IMG/VR virus record: IMGVR_UViG_3300022562_000858 | Location: 1-63,080 of that record | Source: a virus | Lineage: Duplodnaviria > Caudoviricetes | Strand: one strand, 5' to 3' | DNA length: 63,080 bases | Part shown: piece by piece, positions 16,623 to 26,455 of the stretch | Layout of the letters: each line of letters starts with the position of its first letter | Position numbering within the stretch: the first letter of the stretch is position 1 | Notes under the pieces: model-generated | Databases searched by the model: none | The model's input: only the letters and a program-made list of their open reading frames with translations | Told to the model about the DNA's origin: nothing | Program-made: the position numbers and the translations under genes

Positions 16623-18061
16623 CAGACGCTATGCTGCCAAATGGATGTGCCAGCGGTCACGTACATCTTCGATCCGTCCTGGCTGAATGCAAAGTTGCAC
16701 GGTCCGGCGGTATTGAGCGAACTGCCAAGCGCGTAGGACTTGGAATCGTAGGACGCTGTGCTGATGTCCCACGCCGTCGACAGCGTGAACTGGTATATCT
16801 CGAAGTCGTCCGACCCGAAGGTGTTATTGACTAGCACGAACACGTGCGATCCATTGGTATCGAACGCAATCTCGCAAGAAAAGTCATAGCCCGGGCCGAG
16901 CTCATCGCGCACGTCGAGCTGCTTACTGGCATACGACGCAGTGCTGACATCCCACGGCGTCGACAGCGTGTACTGCGACACCTTCTCCGCGGCGAGACTG
17001 AGCACGTACATCTTGCTCCCATCGTCGTTGAACGCGACGCTGGTCGGGTTCGTGCCTTGGACCACGGGGCTGTACGATTTTGATTCGTATGAAGCTGTCG
17101 ATAGGTCCCAGGGCGTGCTCAGTGCGTGCTGGTAAATCCTATCCAGGTCTGTCCCTACGACATAGAGCTTGGCGCCATCTGGCTTGAACACGAATGAAGC
17201 AAAACCACTGCTATGCGGATTGCTGTATTGAGACTGTACGCTGTGCGAGACAGAGTCGTATGTAGCCGTACTGACGTCGAGAGCTGTCCCAAGCGAATAC
17301 TGAAATACGGCGTCGTTCGTAGTGCCGAGCACATACATCTTCGAGCCGTCTGCGTTGAATTGCGCACGCACCGGAACGGTGTCTTGCGAATTCACCGAGT
17401 ATGCCTTGGAATCGTAGGAAACACCGTCAATCTCCCACGACTGTATTTCCCACCGGCAGATCGCAATGGCAAGCTGGTCGCCCGATACGTCCTGCGTGCC
17501 GAACACCGAGCGCACGACTTCTATCTCGTACCCAAGCGGAACCGCGCCGGCGGGAATGTTGGCGCGGAAGTCCTTGCACCACAGCTTCGTTCCGAAGTGA
17601 CCCCCTGACGCCGCGAGCGTCGCGACCACCTCGTTTTCCTCCTTGACCGCGTTCACACCCTGCCAATTCTTCGCGTCAGTGACATCGCGCTCTGTCACCA
17701 GGTTCGGCGTGAGCCAGCCAGTGTTGAAGGCGCGGTCAGCCCGGTTATCCGCGATGTTGATTCCGTCGGCAATCGTGCGCGAATACGCCTGCGGCGTTCC
17801 TGGTGTCGGATCAGGATTCGGCGTCGTGTTCGTCGGAGAGTTGGGGAATCCCACGGTCGGCGGCGCGTCCGCATCGACGTCCGGGGGCGGCGTGTCACTG
17901 ATTGTCGTCCCCGGATCATCCGGCTCGCCCGGATCGCCCGGATTCTCGCCACCGCCACATATCCACACCGATGAGATGTTGACCCACTGCAACCCGTCCC
18001 AACGGTAGAACACGAGCCAGCATCCGTACTGCTCGGATTTCGTTTCGCCAACGGACGGCAT
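16622..18061 (-). CDS. Tail/receptor-binding protein with STxWDxSTASY propeller repeats (479 aa)
   Basis: ATG 18061 overlaps upstream TAA; about four QY.LST.WD.STASY repeats. Confidence 0.75.
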   Translation of the reverse strand: MPSVGETKSEQYGCWLVFYRWDGLQWVNISSVWICGGGENPGDPGEPDDPGTTISDTPPPDVDADAPPTVGFPNSPTNTTPNPDPTPGTPQAYSRTIADGINIADNRADRAFNTGWLTPNLVTERDVTDAKNWQGVNAVKEENEVVATLAASGGHFGTKLWCKDFRANIPAGAVPLGYEIEVVRSVFGTQDVSGDQLAIAICRWEIQSWEIDGVSYDSKAYSVNSQDTVPVRAQFNADGSKMYVLGTTNDAVFQYSLGTALDVSTATYDSVSHSVQSQYSNPHSSGFASFVFKPDGAKLYVVGTDLDRIYQHALSTPWDLSTASYESKSYSPVVQGTNPTSVAFNDDGSKMYVLSLAAEKVSQYTLSTPWDVSTASYASKQLDVRDELGPGYDFSCEIAFDTNGSHVFVLVNNTFGSDDFEIYQFTLSTAWDISTASYDSKSYALGSSLNTAGPCNFAFSQDGSKMYVTAGTSIWQHSV

Positions 18062-19728
18062 TAGCGCGACACCTTGGCGAACCGCGGCAACACCCACGTG
18101 CTCGTATAGAAGCTCGGATCAACGGGAGAGCCGTTCATCGTGATCGCTCCGTCGAGCAGGTTCTTTCGTTTCGGGTTTGCGCCAGTCATGGGGTCCGCGT
18201 CGGTCAGCATGTTGAAGCTGTACTGGTTGTTCTGAAAGTACTTCTTGTAGAAGAACCCGTCTGACAGGTCATCGAACACCTTGTAGACGAGCTGCAGGCC
18301 ATCGGCCGATGACCAGCGCGCGAGCAGCGACGGGTAGTACTCCGGGCTGAAATCCCCGAGTATCCAGATGCCGTACACGGCCGTGTCCACCAGGTTGCCG
18401 TCGGCGTCGGCAGCGTAGCCGCCAGAAATGCGCCAGAAGCCCAGCACCCGGTAAGCGAAGTTGGCGCTCGGCGTTCCGTAGAACTCGATGTCGTTCATAT
18501 CGAGCTCGAGCACGAGCTGTGCATTCTCGATCCCGCCGGCGAGTACCACATTGCCGTCGGCATCGAGCACGTCGTCGCACGGCCCGGCGTAGAAGCGCGA
18601 GAGCGCCGAAGGCGTGCCACCGTTGTCCGGCAGCTCCGTGATGGTCCCGTCGACCGCTACCTCGATCGCGGCGTACCCGCAGGTCTTGCCGTCGTGGTCC
18701 AGCAGAAAGACCTCGGGGTGGTAATAGCTAGACTGCGCTTCAAGGTTGTCCCACGACAGCACCTTGGTGTTGGTGCCGGCCGCGCGGTCGTAGCGCCAGA
18801 TTTCGGCATCCATTCCCGGCGCGTCCACTCGAACCGTCTCCGCATACAGGTGCACCGTGTCCTCGTTGTACACCGGGTAGAGCTGGCTGTAGCTCGGCTC
18901 GAAGCGGCGGAACACGTGCCCCGGGGACGCCGATTGGTTCTCCCACTCTCCCACCAGGTAATCCACGCGCCAGTCCAGATCCGTGTCGGTGATGTCGCGC
19001 GACACGAGGTAGGCCCGGAAGCGGTGATAGTTGTTGACCCCGGTGTGGTTGAGGTCCTCTTGCGACCAGGCGTAGGTGTACTCGCGCGAATCCTTGCGAT
19101 AGAGCGAGTTGGCGACGTCGATGTAGAGGAACGTCGCATCGCCGCCGCCCATGCCATCCTCCCACCCCACGTCGACGTAGTACGGCGCCTGCAGGTTTTG
19201 GTCGGTAGTGTGCGCGACGTAGACCCAATTCCCATCCACGTCCTTGCGGTAGCGGATCGCCCCTGACGGATTTCCAGCGCTCCACTCATGGTCCGAGAAC
19301 GGCACGCCTACACCTACCACCGGGTACACCGTGGCGTAGTTGTCGAGATACACCAGCGCGCCCAGCCCGGCATAGAAGTCCATCGCCTGAATATCAGGGT
19401 AGTCCCCGAGATTCGTTTCCAGCAGGTAGCTGGAGCGGTTTCTGTCCGGGTTGTAGAAGTAGTACCGCTTGTGCGCGTTGAATCCGCCGTCGATGGTGTT
19501 GGCGATCGTGAACAGCACCGCCCCACCCTTCATCACGATTTCGATGAACTCCTGATCGCGGGCAATCCGTACCCGGATCGTGCCGTCAGCCACGTGCAGG
19601 GTCTTGTGCAGCCCGCTCGTGTCCGTGCGCGCCTTGAGCGCGCGGAGTTTATCGAGCTGCCGCCGGGCGAACGGCAGCCAACGCGCGCACTTCCCCTGAA
19701 CGCCGCGCAGGGAAATGTGCAGCGGCAT
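18061..19728 (-). CDS. Virion structural protein (555 aa)
   Basis: Long coupled ORF, aromatic/beta-rich, in tail module. Confidence 0.7.
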   Translation of the reverse strand: MPLHISLRGVQGKCARWLPFARRQLDKLRALKARTDTSGLHKTLHVADGTIRVRIARDQEFIEIVMKGGAVLFTIANTIDGGFNAHKRYYFYNPDRNRSSYLLETNLGDYPDIQAMDFYAGLGALVYLDNYATVYPVVGVGVPFSDHEWSAGNPSGAIRYRKDVDGNWVYVAHTTDQNLQAPYYVDVGWEDGMGGGDATFLYIDVANSLYRKDSREYTYAWSQEDLNHTGVNNYHRFRAYLVSRDITDTDLDWRVDYLVGEWENQSASPGHVFRRFEPSYSQLYPVYNEDTVHLYAETVRVDAPGMDAEIWRYDRAAGTNTKVLSWDNLEAQSSYYHPEVFLLDHDGKTCGYAAIEVAVDGTITELPDNGGTPSALSRFYAGPCDDVLDADGNVVLAGGIENAQLVLELDMNDIEFYGTPSANFAYRVLGFWRISGGYAADADGNLVDTAVYGIWILGDFSPEYYPSLLARWSSADGLQLVYKVFDDLSDGFFYKKYFQNNQYSFNMLTDADPMTGANPKRKNLLDGAITMNGSPVDPSFYTSTWVLPRFAKVSR

Positions 19729-20321
19729 CAGGCATCGGCGGCCGTGATCGTGTAGGTAATCAGCAGGCTGTCCAGCGCGATGACCGAACGCGACGCCGAG
19801 AAGCGCGACGCCGAAAACAGCGTGCCCGACGTACCGCCCTTGGTCGAGTTGCTGATCAGGAACGCGCCGTAGATCGTCTTGGTGGCGTTGATCGTGAACG
19901 TGGCCTTGTTGGCGCTGTTGGTGATCGACTGACCGGACGCGGCCGCCTCGTTGTACTCCTGGCGCGACGCCTCATCGTAGGCCGTGCTCTCGGTGGAGTT
20001 CGACGCGATGTTGGCCGCGGTGTCGGTCGCCACCGGCGTGTAGTTGCCCTCGAAGATGCCCACGTACCAGGTCGTGATCTGCGTGTCGGCGTGGAACATG
20101 ATGTCGAGCAGAGCATTCAGGCCCTCGTTGACGACGAGGTTGTGGTCGCACTGCTCGCCCAGGAATCCGACACCGGGCCGGTAGACGTCGTGGATGAAGG
20201 TGCCGCCGATGACGGCCTTCTGGCGGGGGAGGTAGATTCCCTGCTCGTTCGGCTCGAAGTGCCCGTTACGCAGGGTGCGCGGCAGCTCGCGCGCGAGAGT
20301 GTCAGGAATGTTGATCCGCAT
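19728..20321 (-). CDS. Virion structural (tail) protein (197 aa)
   Basis: GAGG-8nt-ATG at 20321; HNLVVNEGLNALLD...WYVGIF...IYGAFL pattern. Confidence 0.75.
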   Translation of the reverse strand: MRINIPDTLARELPRTLRNGHFEPNEQGIYLPRQKAVIGGTFIHDVYRPGVGFLGEQCDHNLVVNEGLNALLDIMFHADTQITTWYVGIFEGNYTPVATDTAANIASNSTESTAYDEASRQEYNEAAASGQSITNSANKATFTINATKTIYGAFLISNSTKGGTSGTLFSASRFSASRSVIALDSLLITYTITAADA

Positions 20322-20481
20322 CGGTATGGCCTCGATTTTCTTGCGGTGCAAGCGAGGCCCCGATGGGCGTGGCTTCTGGATGGTGGTTTCTAACCTCATC
20401 GCGGATCTTCTTCACAGCCGCGGCGGCGCCTTTCAGGTGCCGAAAGAGGTCATCGAGTGCAGAGACGAGGGGATCGCTCAT
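20302..20481 (-). CDS. Small hypothetical protein (59 aa)
   Basis: ATGA overlap with upstream stop; MSDPLVSALDDLFRHLK; fills the gap. Confidence 0.5.
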   Translation of the reverse strand: MSDPLVSALDDLFRHLKGAAAAVKKIRDEVRNHHPEATPIGASLAPQENRGHTDADQHS

Positions 20482-21749
20482 GGGATGACGACCCCATTGC
20501 GGATCACCGTGGCCTCTGCACGGTCAGACGTGTACACGTTTCCGTCGCTGTCGGTGCGGCGAACGGACGTAATGAACTGAGACATCCCGCGCTGGTCGCG
20601 CACGACGGATGCCCCCGACACCGCTTCGGGGTAGGCGACGCGGGTGTTGGTCAGGTTCTTGAACGCACCGCCCGGCCCGCCGTAGCACGGGCCTTTCTCG
20701 GTCATGAATAGGACGTGCGACTCTACCGTGCCGTCGCCAACGTCATCCCCTCCAATCTGCACGTCGGTGCCGGGAATGGCCTTGTAGTCGGCCAGCCACC
20801 CGAGCGGCGCATCCTCACTGCCCACGGGCAGCCAGTACAGGCGATCGGCGCTGATGTAGAGCCCGTCGCGCACCGGCGCGGCCATCGTGATCGGCGCCGG
20901 GAACTGGAAGAACCACTTGCGCAGGTTGAACAGGTGATAGGACAACGCTTCGGACAGATACACCGCGTTGCCACTGACCACCGCCACACGCCCGGCGACG
21001 TAGCGCACGATGGTCCCTACGGGCGGTTCGGAGAGGAACTGCGTCGCCAGGGGGATGGTCCAGTAGCCCACCCCGATGCGCACGCTGCTGGTGCCGTCCG
21101 GCACTTCCGCGACGCGGTAGAACATATCGCCGTCGACCGGCGTGCAGTACACACGCACGGTCGTGATCGTGGCCTCTCCCGATGAGGGGATGCCCGAGCA
21201 CTGTATTGCGCGATTGGTGGTGAGCTCGATGAACGCGCCCATGCGCGCCCCGCTCTCGCGCCCCAGGTCGTCGACGTAGGTGATCGCGACCTGGTAGCGG
21301 CCCGGCGGCAGCGCGCCGGCAGCGGCGCTCAGGGTCGGCTGCGCGGCCGGCGTTTTCACGCCCCACGGCCGGCTCACCCCGTCGCGGATCATCCCCGTGT
21401 CGTACCCGTTCGAGTAGTACACGTCGCCGGCGGCGTCAGCGTAGGACATCGCCACCGCGGCGACACCGGAGCGGAGCTCAGACACCGTGTAGTTGCCGGC
21501 GTCGTCCACGGACAGGCGTTTCAGATCCGTGCCCTCCACGAACAGCGCGATGTCCTCCACCCGGTTCGACCACAGGCTGTGCACGGTCCCGCTGTGCACC
21601 TGCGTGAATCCCGGACGCCGCTTGAGCCGCCCGCGGTCGGAAATATCGACGTTCTCCGCGGCAACCAGTTCCTCGGGGCCGAGCTCGGTCGGGTCCGCGA
21701 CGTTGTTCAGCCCGGTGAACTTGCCGTAGGTGAAGATCTTTCCCGGCAT
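20478..21749 (-). CDS. Tail nozzle / tubular-B-like protein (423 aa)
   Basis: FTGLNN...AENVDISDRGRLKRRPGF N-terminal pattern of podovirus nozzle/stabilisation proteins; follows adaptor. Confidence 0.7.
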   Translation of the reverse strand: MPGKIFTYGKFTGLNNVADPTELGPEELVAAENVDISDRGRLKRRPGFTQVHSGTVHSLWSNRVEDIALFVEGTDLKRLSVDDAGNYTVSELRSGVAAVAMSYADAAGDVYYSNGYDTGMIRDGVSRPWGVKTPAAQPTLSAAAGALPPGRYQVAITYVDDLGRESGARMGAFIELTTNRAIQCSGIPSSGEATITTVRVYCTPVDGDMFYRVAEVPDGTSSVRIGVGYWTIPLATQFLSEPPVGTIVRYVAGRVAVVSGNAVYLSEALSYHLFNLRKWFFQFPAPITMAAPVRDGLYISADRLYWLPVGSEDAPLGWLADYKAIPGTDVQIGGDDVGDGTVESHVLFMTEKGPCYGGPGGAFKNLTNTRVAYPEAVSGASVVRDQRGMSQFITSVRRTDSDGNVYTSDRAEATVIRNGVVIP

Positions 21750-22666
21750 CAGTAGTGCCTGATGAACTGCGGTCGGCTCACCGCCTGGCGCTTGACGGTC
21801 AGCTCTTGCAGCGAGACCGGCGGCCCGAACACATCAGCGAACATCTTGCCGAAGCGCTCGGCCTGTGCTGGGTCATACGTCTCAGAGTCCTTCTTGAGGT
21901 AGGCGTACATCAGCATCCCGTACACCAGCGAGTAGTGGAAGTGGAACGGGATTTCGGGCTCGTCGTCGGCCGCGCTCATATCGGCCAGCGGATAGCGCGT
22001 GACCTCCAGGTTGAGCGTGTCGTTGGCCTCGATCTTGCGGTTGAGCACGATGTAGTGCAGCCGTCGCGCCCAGGACCAGCGCGAGGGGGTGCCCGCCGGC
22101 AGGTTGGCGAGGTTCTCGTTCTGCAGCCCGAATCGCTTGTCCTTCGTCATCGGATAGTTCAGCGAGGCGAGCTGTACGTGCCGGATCGTGATGACCTTGG
22201 GCGAGATTTCGTAGACCGGCGTGGTGGGATCGGCGGTGAGCGAGATTCGGCAGATCGGCTTGTCGTCAGCGTCCTGCGTGGTGGTGTCGTCAATGATGCA
22301 CAGAGAGCGCATCGCCGCCTCGCGCTCGGCCAGGTTGGCGAAGCGCGTCAGCTCGGCCTCGGACCACAGCGAATCCTCGTCCGTGCCGCTGATCGTGCCG
22401 ACGGCGCCGCCTGAGACGGTGACGTTGACCGGGATGCTCAGCGTGTCGGCGTCGATGACGGTAACGACGTGATCGCCGTTGATGTCCGGCGTGTCGCCCG
22501 TGCGCCCGGCGATCGTCGCCGTCTGCCCGGTGACAAGCCCGTGGCGCTCGGCCGTGACTACCGCGGGGTTGGCAACGCTCACCCCGTCAATGCTGATCGG
22601 AGTGCCCGGCTGCAGCGGATCATCCAGAAGCCGCCGGGCCTCCGCTTTCAGCTCGCTCAGGTCCAC
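21749..22666 (-). CDS. Head-tail adaptor (tubular-A-like) with inserted beta domain
   Basis: ARRLLDD...LWSEAEL...EPEIPFHFHYSLVYG..AYLKKDSETYD. Confidence 0.75.
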   Translation of the reverse strand: MDLSELKAEARRLLDDPLQPGTPISIDGVSVANPAVVTAERHGLVTGQTATIAGRTGDTPDINGDHVVTVIDADTLSIPVNVTVSGGAVGTISGTDEDSLWSEAELTRFANLAEREAAMRSLCIIDDTTTQDADDKPICRISLTADPTTPVYEISPKVITIRHVQLASLNYPMTKDKRFGLQNENLANLPAGTPSRWSWARRLHYIVLNRKIEANDTLNLEVTRYPLADMSAADDEPEIPFHFHYSLVYGMLMYAYLKKDSETYDPAQAERFGKMFADVFGPPVSLQELTVKRQAVSRPQFIRHY

Positions 22667-23161
22667 TTACGCAGCCTGCTCGCGGTAGGCCGCCCACGCC
22701 GCATCACGCAGCTCAGGCGTCATGTTCGCCACGCCGGCCTCGAGCGCCAGGGACTCGGCCCACGGCTTGCCCTTGTCGTCGTGGTTCGGGCGGGTCCAGA
22801 GACGGGCGCCCTCTTTCAGCTTCGTGGCCTTGCCGTCGACCATGCGCGCGATCGCTGCCACGCAGCGCTTCACGTCCTCGGGACGCACTTCCTCGTCACC
22901 GCGCGGCGCTCCCTTCGCCTGCGGCTGTGCGCTCGGCGTCACCGTCTCCGGCACGGACGGCGGTACAGGCGGTTCCTGGCCGACGGTTGGCGGCGGTGAG
23001 TCCTCGGTGTAGTCGACCACGGCCGGCATGACCGGCGGCATGACCTCGGGGGCGATGCGATGGCCGTGTGCGTCGCAGGGCACCATCTCGTCGAGCTTCG
23101 CCAGCAGCTCGGTGTGATCCAGCACGACGCCAGTCTTGGTGTTCAGCAGGTACTTGCTCAT
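22667..23161 (-). CDS. Hypothetical head-module protein (164 aa)
   Basis: GGAGG SD; Pro-rich linker. Confidence 0.7.
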   Translation of the reverse strand: MSKYLLNTKTGVVLDHTELLAKLDEMVPCDAHGHRIAPEVMPPVMPAVVDYTEDSPPPTVGQEPPVPPSVPETVTPSAQPQAKGAPRGDEEVRPEDVKRCVAAIARMVDGKATKLKEGARLWTRPNHDDKGKPWAESLALEAGVANMTPELRDAAWAAYREQAA

Positions 23162-23172
23162 GTGTCCTCCGT

Positions 23173-23202
23173 GGGATCACCGGGGCTTGCGCCCCGGGTC
23201 CC
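23173..23202 (-). other. GC-rich hairpin (GCAA loop) without U-tract
   Basis: CCGGGGC-GCAA-GCCCCGG between genes. Confidence 0.5.
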
Positions 23203-23211
23203 GTTGGGTTG

Positions 23212-23883
23212 TTACGCGGCCAAGTCGATACCCCAGGCCAGAAGCTCGATCTTCGCTGCATCGACGGCGTGAGCCGACAACTGCATGTCGATCGTGTCCT
23301 CTGCGGAGTAGAACTTGCCGCCCAACGCACCGTAGGCGTTGGTGGCCGCGCTCGGGGTCGTGTACGTGACGAGCAACTGATCACTCGACGTGTCCGTACC
23401 ACCGACGTTGTTGATGGTGTCAGCCGCGCTGATGGTGAACTCACCAGTGAGGTCCGCCAGCGTACCGGCCGTGTTGTGGATCACGCTGACCAGCGTGTCG
23501 GTCGTGGCAATGCCAGTGACGGTGTGGTCGCCCGCACTGCCGCCGGCAATGAGGGCCTGCGTTACTGACAGATCCGCCGCCGCCTGCGTTGCAGCAAGCA
23601 AAGTGCCCGCCGTGGCGTTGTTGTTGACCGATGCGATCCAGCCGTCGGGGTCGGTGCCGTCACCGATGGTGCCGGTAGACGTGCCGCCTTCGGCGGTGAG
23701 AACGCGGTGGGAGACGCCCAGCACAAGGAAGTTCGCCGGGATGCGGAGCATCTGGATCAGATCGCTTGACCCGGCATTGAACTTCGAGAAGTCCACCACG
23801 TTGCTCAGTGTCTTGAGCCGCGTGCCGGGAAACTTCTCGTACGGGATGACGCCCGTTCCACCGCTCATATTGATGGTAGTCAT
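23212..23883 (-). CDS. Capsid decoration/minor capsid protein, paralog 2 (223 aa)
   Basis: Similar to 23910-24350 (GK-FY-A-DTID, VxTxEGGT); downstream of capsid gene. Confidence 0.75.
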   Translation of the reverse strand: MTTINMSGGTGVIPYEKFPGTRLKTLSNVVDFSKFNAGSSDLIQMLRIPANFLVLGVSHRVLTAEGGTSTGTIGDGTDPDGWIASVNNNATAGTLLAATQAAADLSVTQALIAGGSAGDHTVTGIATTDTLVSVIHNTAGTLADLTGEFTISAADTINNVGGTDTSSDQLLVTYTTPSAATNAYGALGGKFYSAEDTIDMQLSAHAVDAAKIELLAWGIDLAA

Positions 23884-23909
23884 GCTGATTACCTCTCAGA
23901 GTCGGTGGA

Positions 23910-24350
23910 TTACGACAGCGCCGCGGAGCCGGCCAGGTCGACGCACAGTGCCGAGACCACGAACACGGCCGTGTCGCCAGCATTGGCACTCATGGTCAGG
24001 TCGATGGTGTCGGCGGCCGCATAAAACTTGCCGGATGTCGCGTAGGCGTCGGTGCCGCTGGCGCCGTGGGTGACGGTGCCGGCTGTGGCGTTGAGGTTGG
24101 TCGACGCATCCCATGAGTCCGCGCCGGCGCCATCGCCAACGGTGGCGGTCAGGGTGCCACCCTCGGGCGTGATCACCCGCACGAACACATCGAACACGAA
24201 CGTGCCAGCCGGGACGTTGAGACACTCCAGTACATCGGAAGAACCGGAGTTGTTCGCTGACAGGTCGATCTTCTTCTCGAGGACGAAGAACCGATCCAGT
24301 CCGCGGTGCGGGATGCCCGTATTGCCGTCGGTCAGGTTGAGCGTAGTCAT
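23910..24350 (-). CDS. Capsid decoration/minor capsid protein, paralog 1 (146 aa)
   Basis: GAGG SD; directly after capsid gene; beta-rich. Confidence 0.78.
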   Translation of the reverse strand: MTTLNLTDGNTGIPHRGLDRFFVLEKKIDLSANNSGSSDVLECLNVPAGTFVFDVFVRVITPEGGTLTATVGDGAGADSWDASTNLNATAGTVTHGASGTDAYATSGKFYAAADTIDLTMSANAGDTAVFVVSALCVDLAGSAALS

Positions 24351-24404
24351 GCTGCATTACCTCGGTGGGACAATGGAGAGAGCCAGCCAACGGCTGACCC
24401 ATAG

Positions 24405-24439
24405 AAAAAGGCGGGACGGCCCCGAAGGACCGCCCCGCC
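24405..24439 (-). terminator. Intrinsic terminator after major capsid gene
   Basis: GGCGGGGCGGTCC-TTCG-GGGCCGTCCCGCC-TTTTT. Confidence 0.85.
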
Positions 24440-24481
24440 CGCCACCCGGAACACCGGGCTTACTTCTCTACGTCAGGGCGT

Positions 24482-25393
24482 TTAGCCCTTCACCACGGAC
24501 GACGTACCCAGCGCCTCGGGCTTCATGGTGTTGAAGCCGTAGACGTTGAGGCCACGAATGGCCTGTCCGAAGGTGTTTTCGAGCTGCGGAAAGTGATTCA
24601 GCTCGGTGATCTGCGAAGCGAAGGAAATCGCGGAGCGGTGACCGAAGATGAGCTTGGTCGTGCCCGAGACCTTCGTCAGCAGGTTGCTGGAGTACAGCGT
24701 GAACCGGTCGATCATGCCGAGCCGGCCGTTGCGCAGCAGGCTCGAACCGTCGCCGGACAGAGACGCATCCTTGAGCTCGGACTTCTTGATCATGCCCGCC
24801 ATCCACGGCGGAATGACCAGCCAGCGGTCCGTCTCCGGGACGTTCTGCTCGTCCAGCACCGTGCCGTAGTCCACCAGTACGTCGAGGACGTTGGCCTTGG
24901 TGATGGTGAGCGGCGCGGCCGTGGTTCCGAGAACGATGTCGGAGTTGATCGCGCCAGCGGTCAAGCCCTGGTTACTGGCATGGGCCTGACCGTAGACCGT
25001 ACCCAGCACGTCCGTGTCGATCGTGATCTTCATCCGCTGTGCGGCCTCGTCGGCCCAATCGGACATCAGATCCAGATCGCTCTGGTACTTGTCGACGTCG
25101 TCGATCTTGAAGAAGAAGTACTTGCCGCGGTCGATCGTCAGATCCACCACGTCGGCGTCGAGGTCCTCCATCACCGTGGTGCCACCCTTCACGTAGTCGC
25201 GAATGGTGACGTCAGGGGTCTGGCGGACGTGGATGATGTCGCCGTGCTTCTTGATTTCGGGCTCGTAGTCCGTATTCGCGATGTCGTACAGGACGCACGC
25301 CGCGTAGAACTTGACGAGGATGTTGAGCGACCACAGTTCGGGAATGAACGTGCCGCTGTAAGCCGGATGACCCGGCGCGTTTTCGAGTGCCAT
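24482..25393 (-). CDS. Major capsid protein (303 aa)
   Basis: FIPELWS...IANTDYE...GDIIHV...IDDVDKYQS...RGLNVYG, P22-coat-like; follows scaffold. Confidence 0.9.
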   Translation of the reverse strand: MALENAPGHPAYSGTFIPELWSLNILVKFYAACVLYDIANTDYEPEIKKHGDIIHVRQTPDVTIRDYVKGGTTVMEDLDADVVDLTIDRGKYFFFKIDDVDKYQSDLDLMSDWADEAAQRMKITIDTDVLGTVYGQAHASNQGLTAGAINSDIVLGTTAAPLTITKANVLDVLVDYGTVLDEQNVPETDRWLVIPPWMAGMIKKSELKDASLSGDGSSLLRNGRLGMIDRFTLYSSNLLTKVSGTTKLIFGHRSAISFASQITELNHFPQLENTFGQAIRGLNVYGFNTMKPEALGTSSVVKG

Positions 25394-25430
25394 GACTGGC
25401 GTACCTCTGGCTCAGAGGCACGTCGGGGGA

Positions 25431-26444
25431 CTACTGGCTGCGTTGCGTCAGCTCGCGCTGAATCTCCGCAGCGATCTTGGCGACCTGCGCGGCGCCATCC
25501 GGGCCCGTGTACTTGCCCCGTCTAACATCACGCTTGAACGCCTCGATCTTCTCAGGTGTCCACTTCCGTACCTCTCCGGTGGGTTGATCCCCACCACCCC
25601 TGGCGCTCTTGGGGACGATCTGCTCGTCCAGGCTGCCTGGCGTGGCGGGCTCGAAACCCACGGACTTGAGGAACTCGTTGAACACGCGAACGATGGGAGT
25701 GACGTTGAACCGATCGAAAGCTCGATTGATGGTCTCGTTGTACGACATCCCGCTATCTGAAAGCGGGTTTGTCTCGCGCGACCAATCCACGAACTCGCGA
25801 CTGTTGTAGATCGTTTTCCACTGCGGCACCGCGGCGTCCAAGTTCGCGAAGAACTTTTCTTGCGCGGTCTGCGCCTCGATTGCTTCTCGGCGCCCGATGG
25901 ACTCATTCACCTGATTGAGCGTTTCCTGCAGGCTCGCCATCGACTGCTCGATGCTGTCGATCCTGCTGTCATCGCCCGAACCTGCGCCCAGCACACCTTC
26001 CAGCTCGTCCGCGATTTCATCGCCAAGCTCGCCACGGACGTGGCTGAGGCGCTTACCACCGCTGGGGTCGCTGGCCGGCTGGCCGGCTTTCAGGTTCTTG
26101 ATGTCGTCCTCCAGGGCTTCGAGTCGCCTCTTGAGAAACTCGTTCTCGGCCATGAGCTGCGGCACTTCCTTGTTGTACTTGCCCTTGAGCACTTCGTACT
26201 GCGGGCGAAAATCCATCCCCCGGTCCTCGCCCGTGGGCGCGGTGTCTACCGGGGTCAGTAGGTCTTTCAGGTCAGGCTTGGCCTTCTGCGGATCACCGCC
26301 GTCGGGCGGGTCGGTCGGATTCGCCTGTTGTGCAGGTGCGGCCGGCTCGGCGGGTTGCGCCGGCGTCGGCTCACCGTCCTGCGCCTGAGTGTGTAGTTCC
26401 CTAATACGATCTTCTGCCTTCTTCACTCTCGTTGCGGTTTGCAC
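25431..26444 (-). CDS. Capsid scaffolding protein (337 aa)
   Basis: GGAGG SD with GTG; YEVLKGKYNKEVPQL coiled coil; between portal and capsid. Confidence 0.8.
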   Translation of the reverse strand: MQTATRVKKAEDRIRELHTQAQDGEPTPAQPAEPAAPAQQANPTDPPDGGDPQKAKPDLKDLLTPVDTAPTGEDRGMDFRPQYEVLKGKYNKEVPQLMAENEFLKRRLEALEDDIKNLKAGQPASDPSGGKRLSHVRGELGDEIADELEGVLGAGSGDDSRIDSIEQSMASLQETLNQVNESIGRREAIEAQTAQEKFFANLDAAVPQWKTIYNSREFVDWSRETNPLSDSGMSYNETINRAFDRFNVTPIVRVFNEFLKSVGFEPATPGSLDEQIVPKSARGGGDQPTGEVRKWTPEKIEAFKRDVRRGKYTGPDGAAQVAKIAAEIQRELTQRSQ

Positions 26445-26455
26445 GTGTTACCTCC

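Noticed and set aside
16750-17300. Near-identical repeats as a DGR template/variable pair
   Set aside because: They are in-frame propeller repeats, differences are not adenine-specific, and no reverse transcriptase is present
24468-24500. Programmed frameshift extension of the capsid protein
   Set aside because: No slippery heptamer, alternative frames close quickly, and a terminator follows
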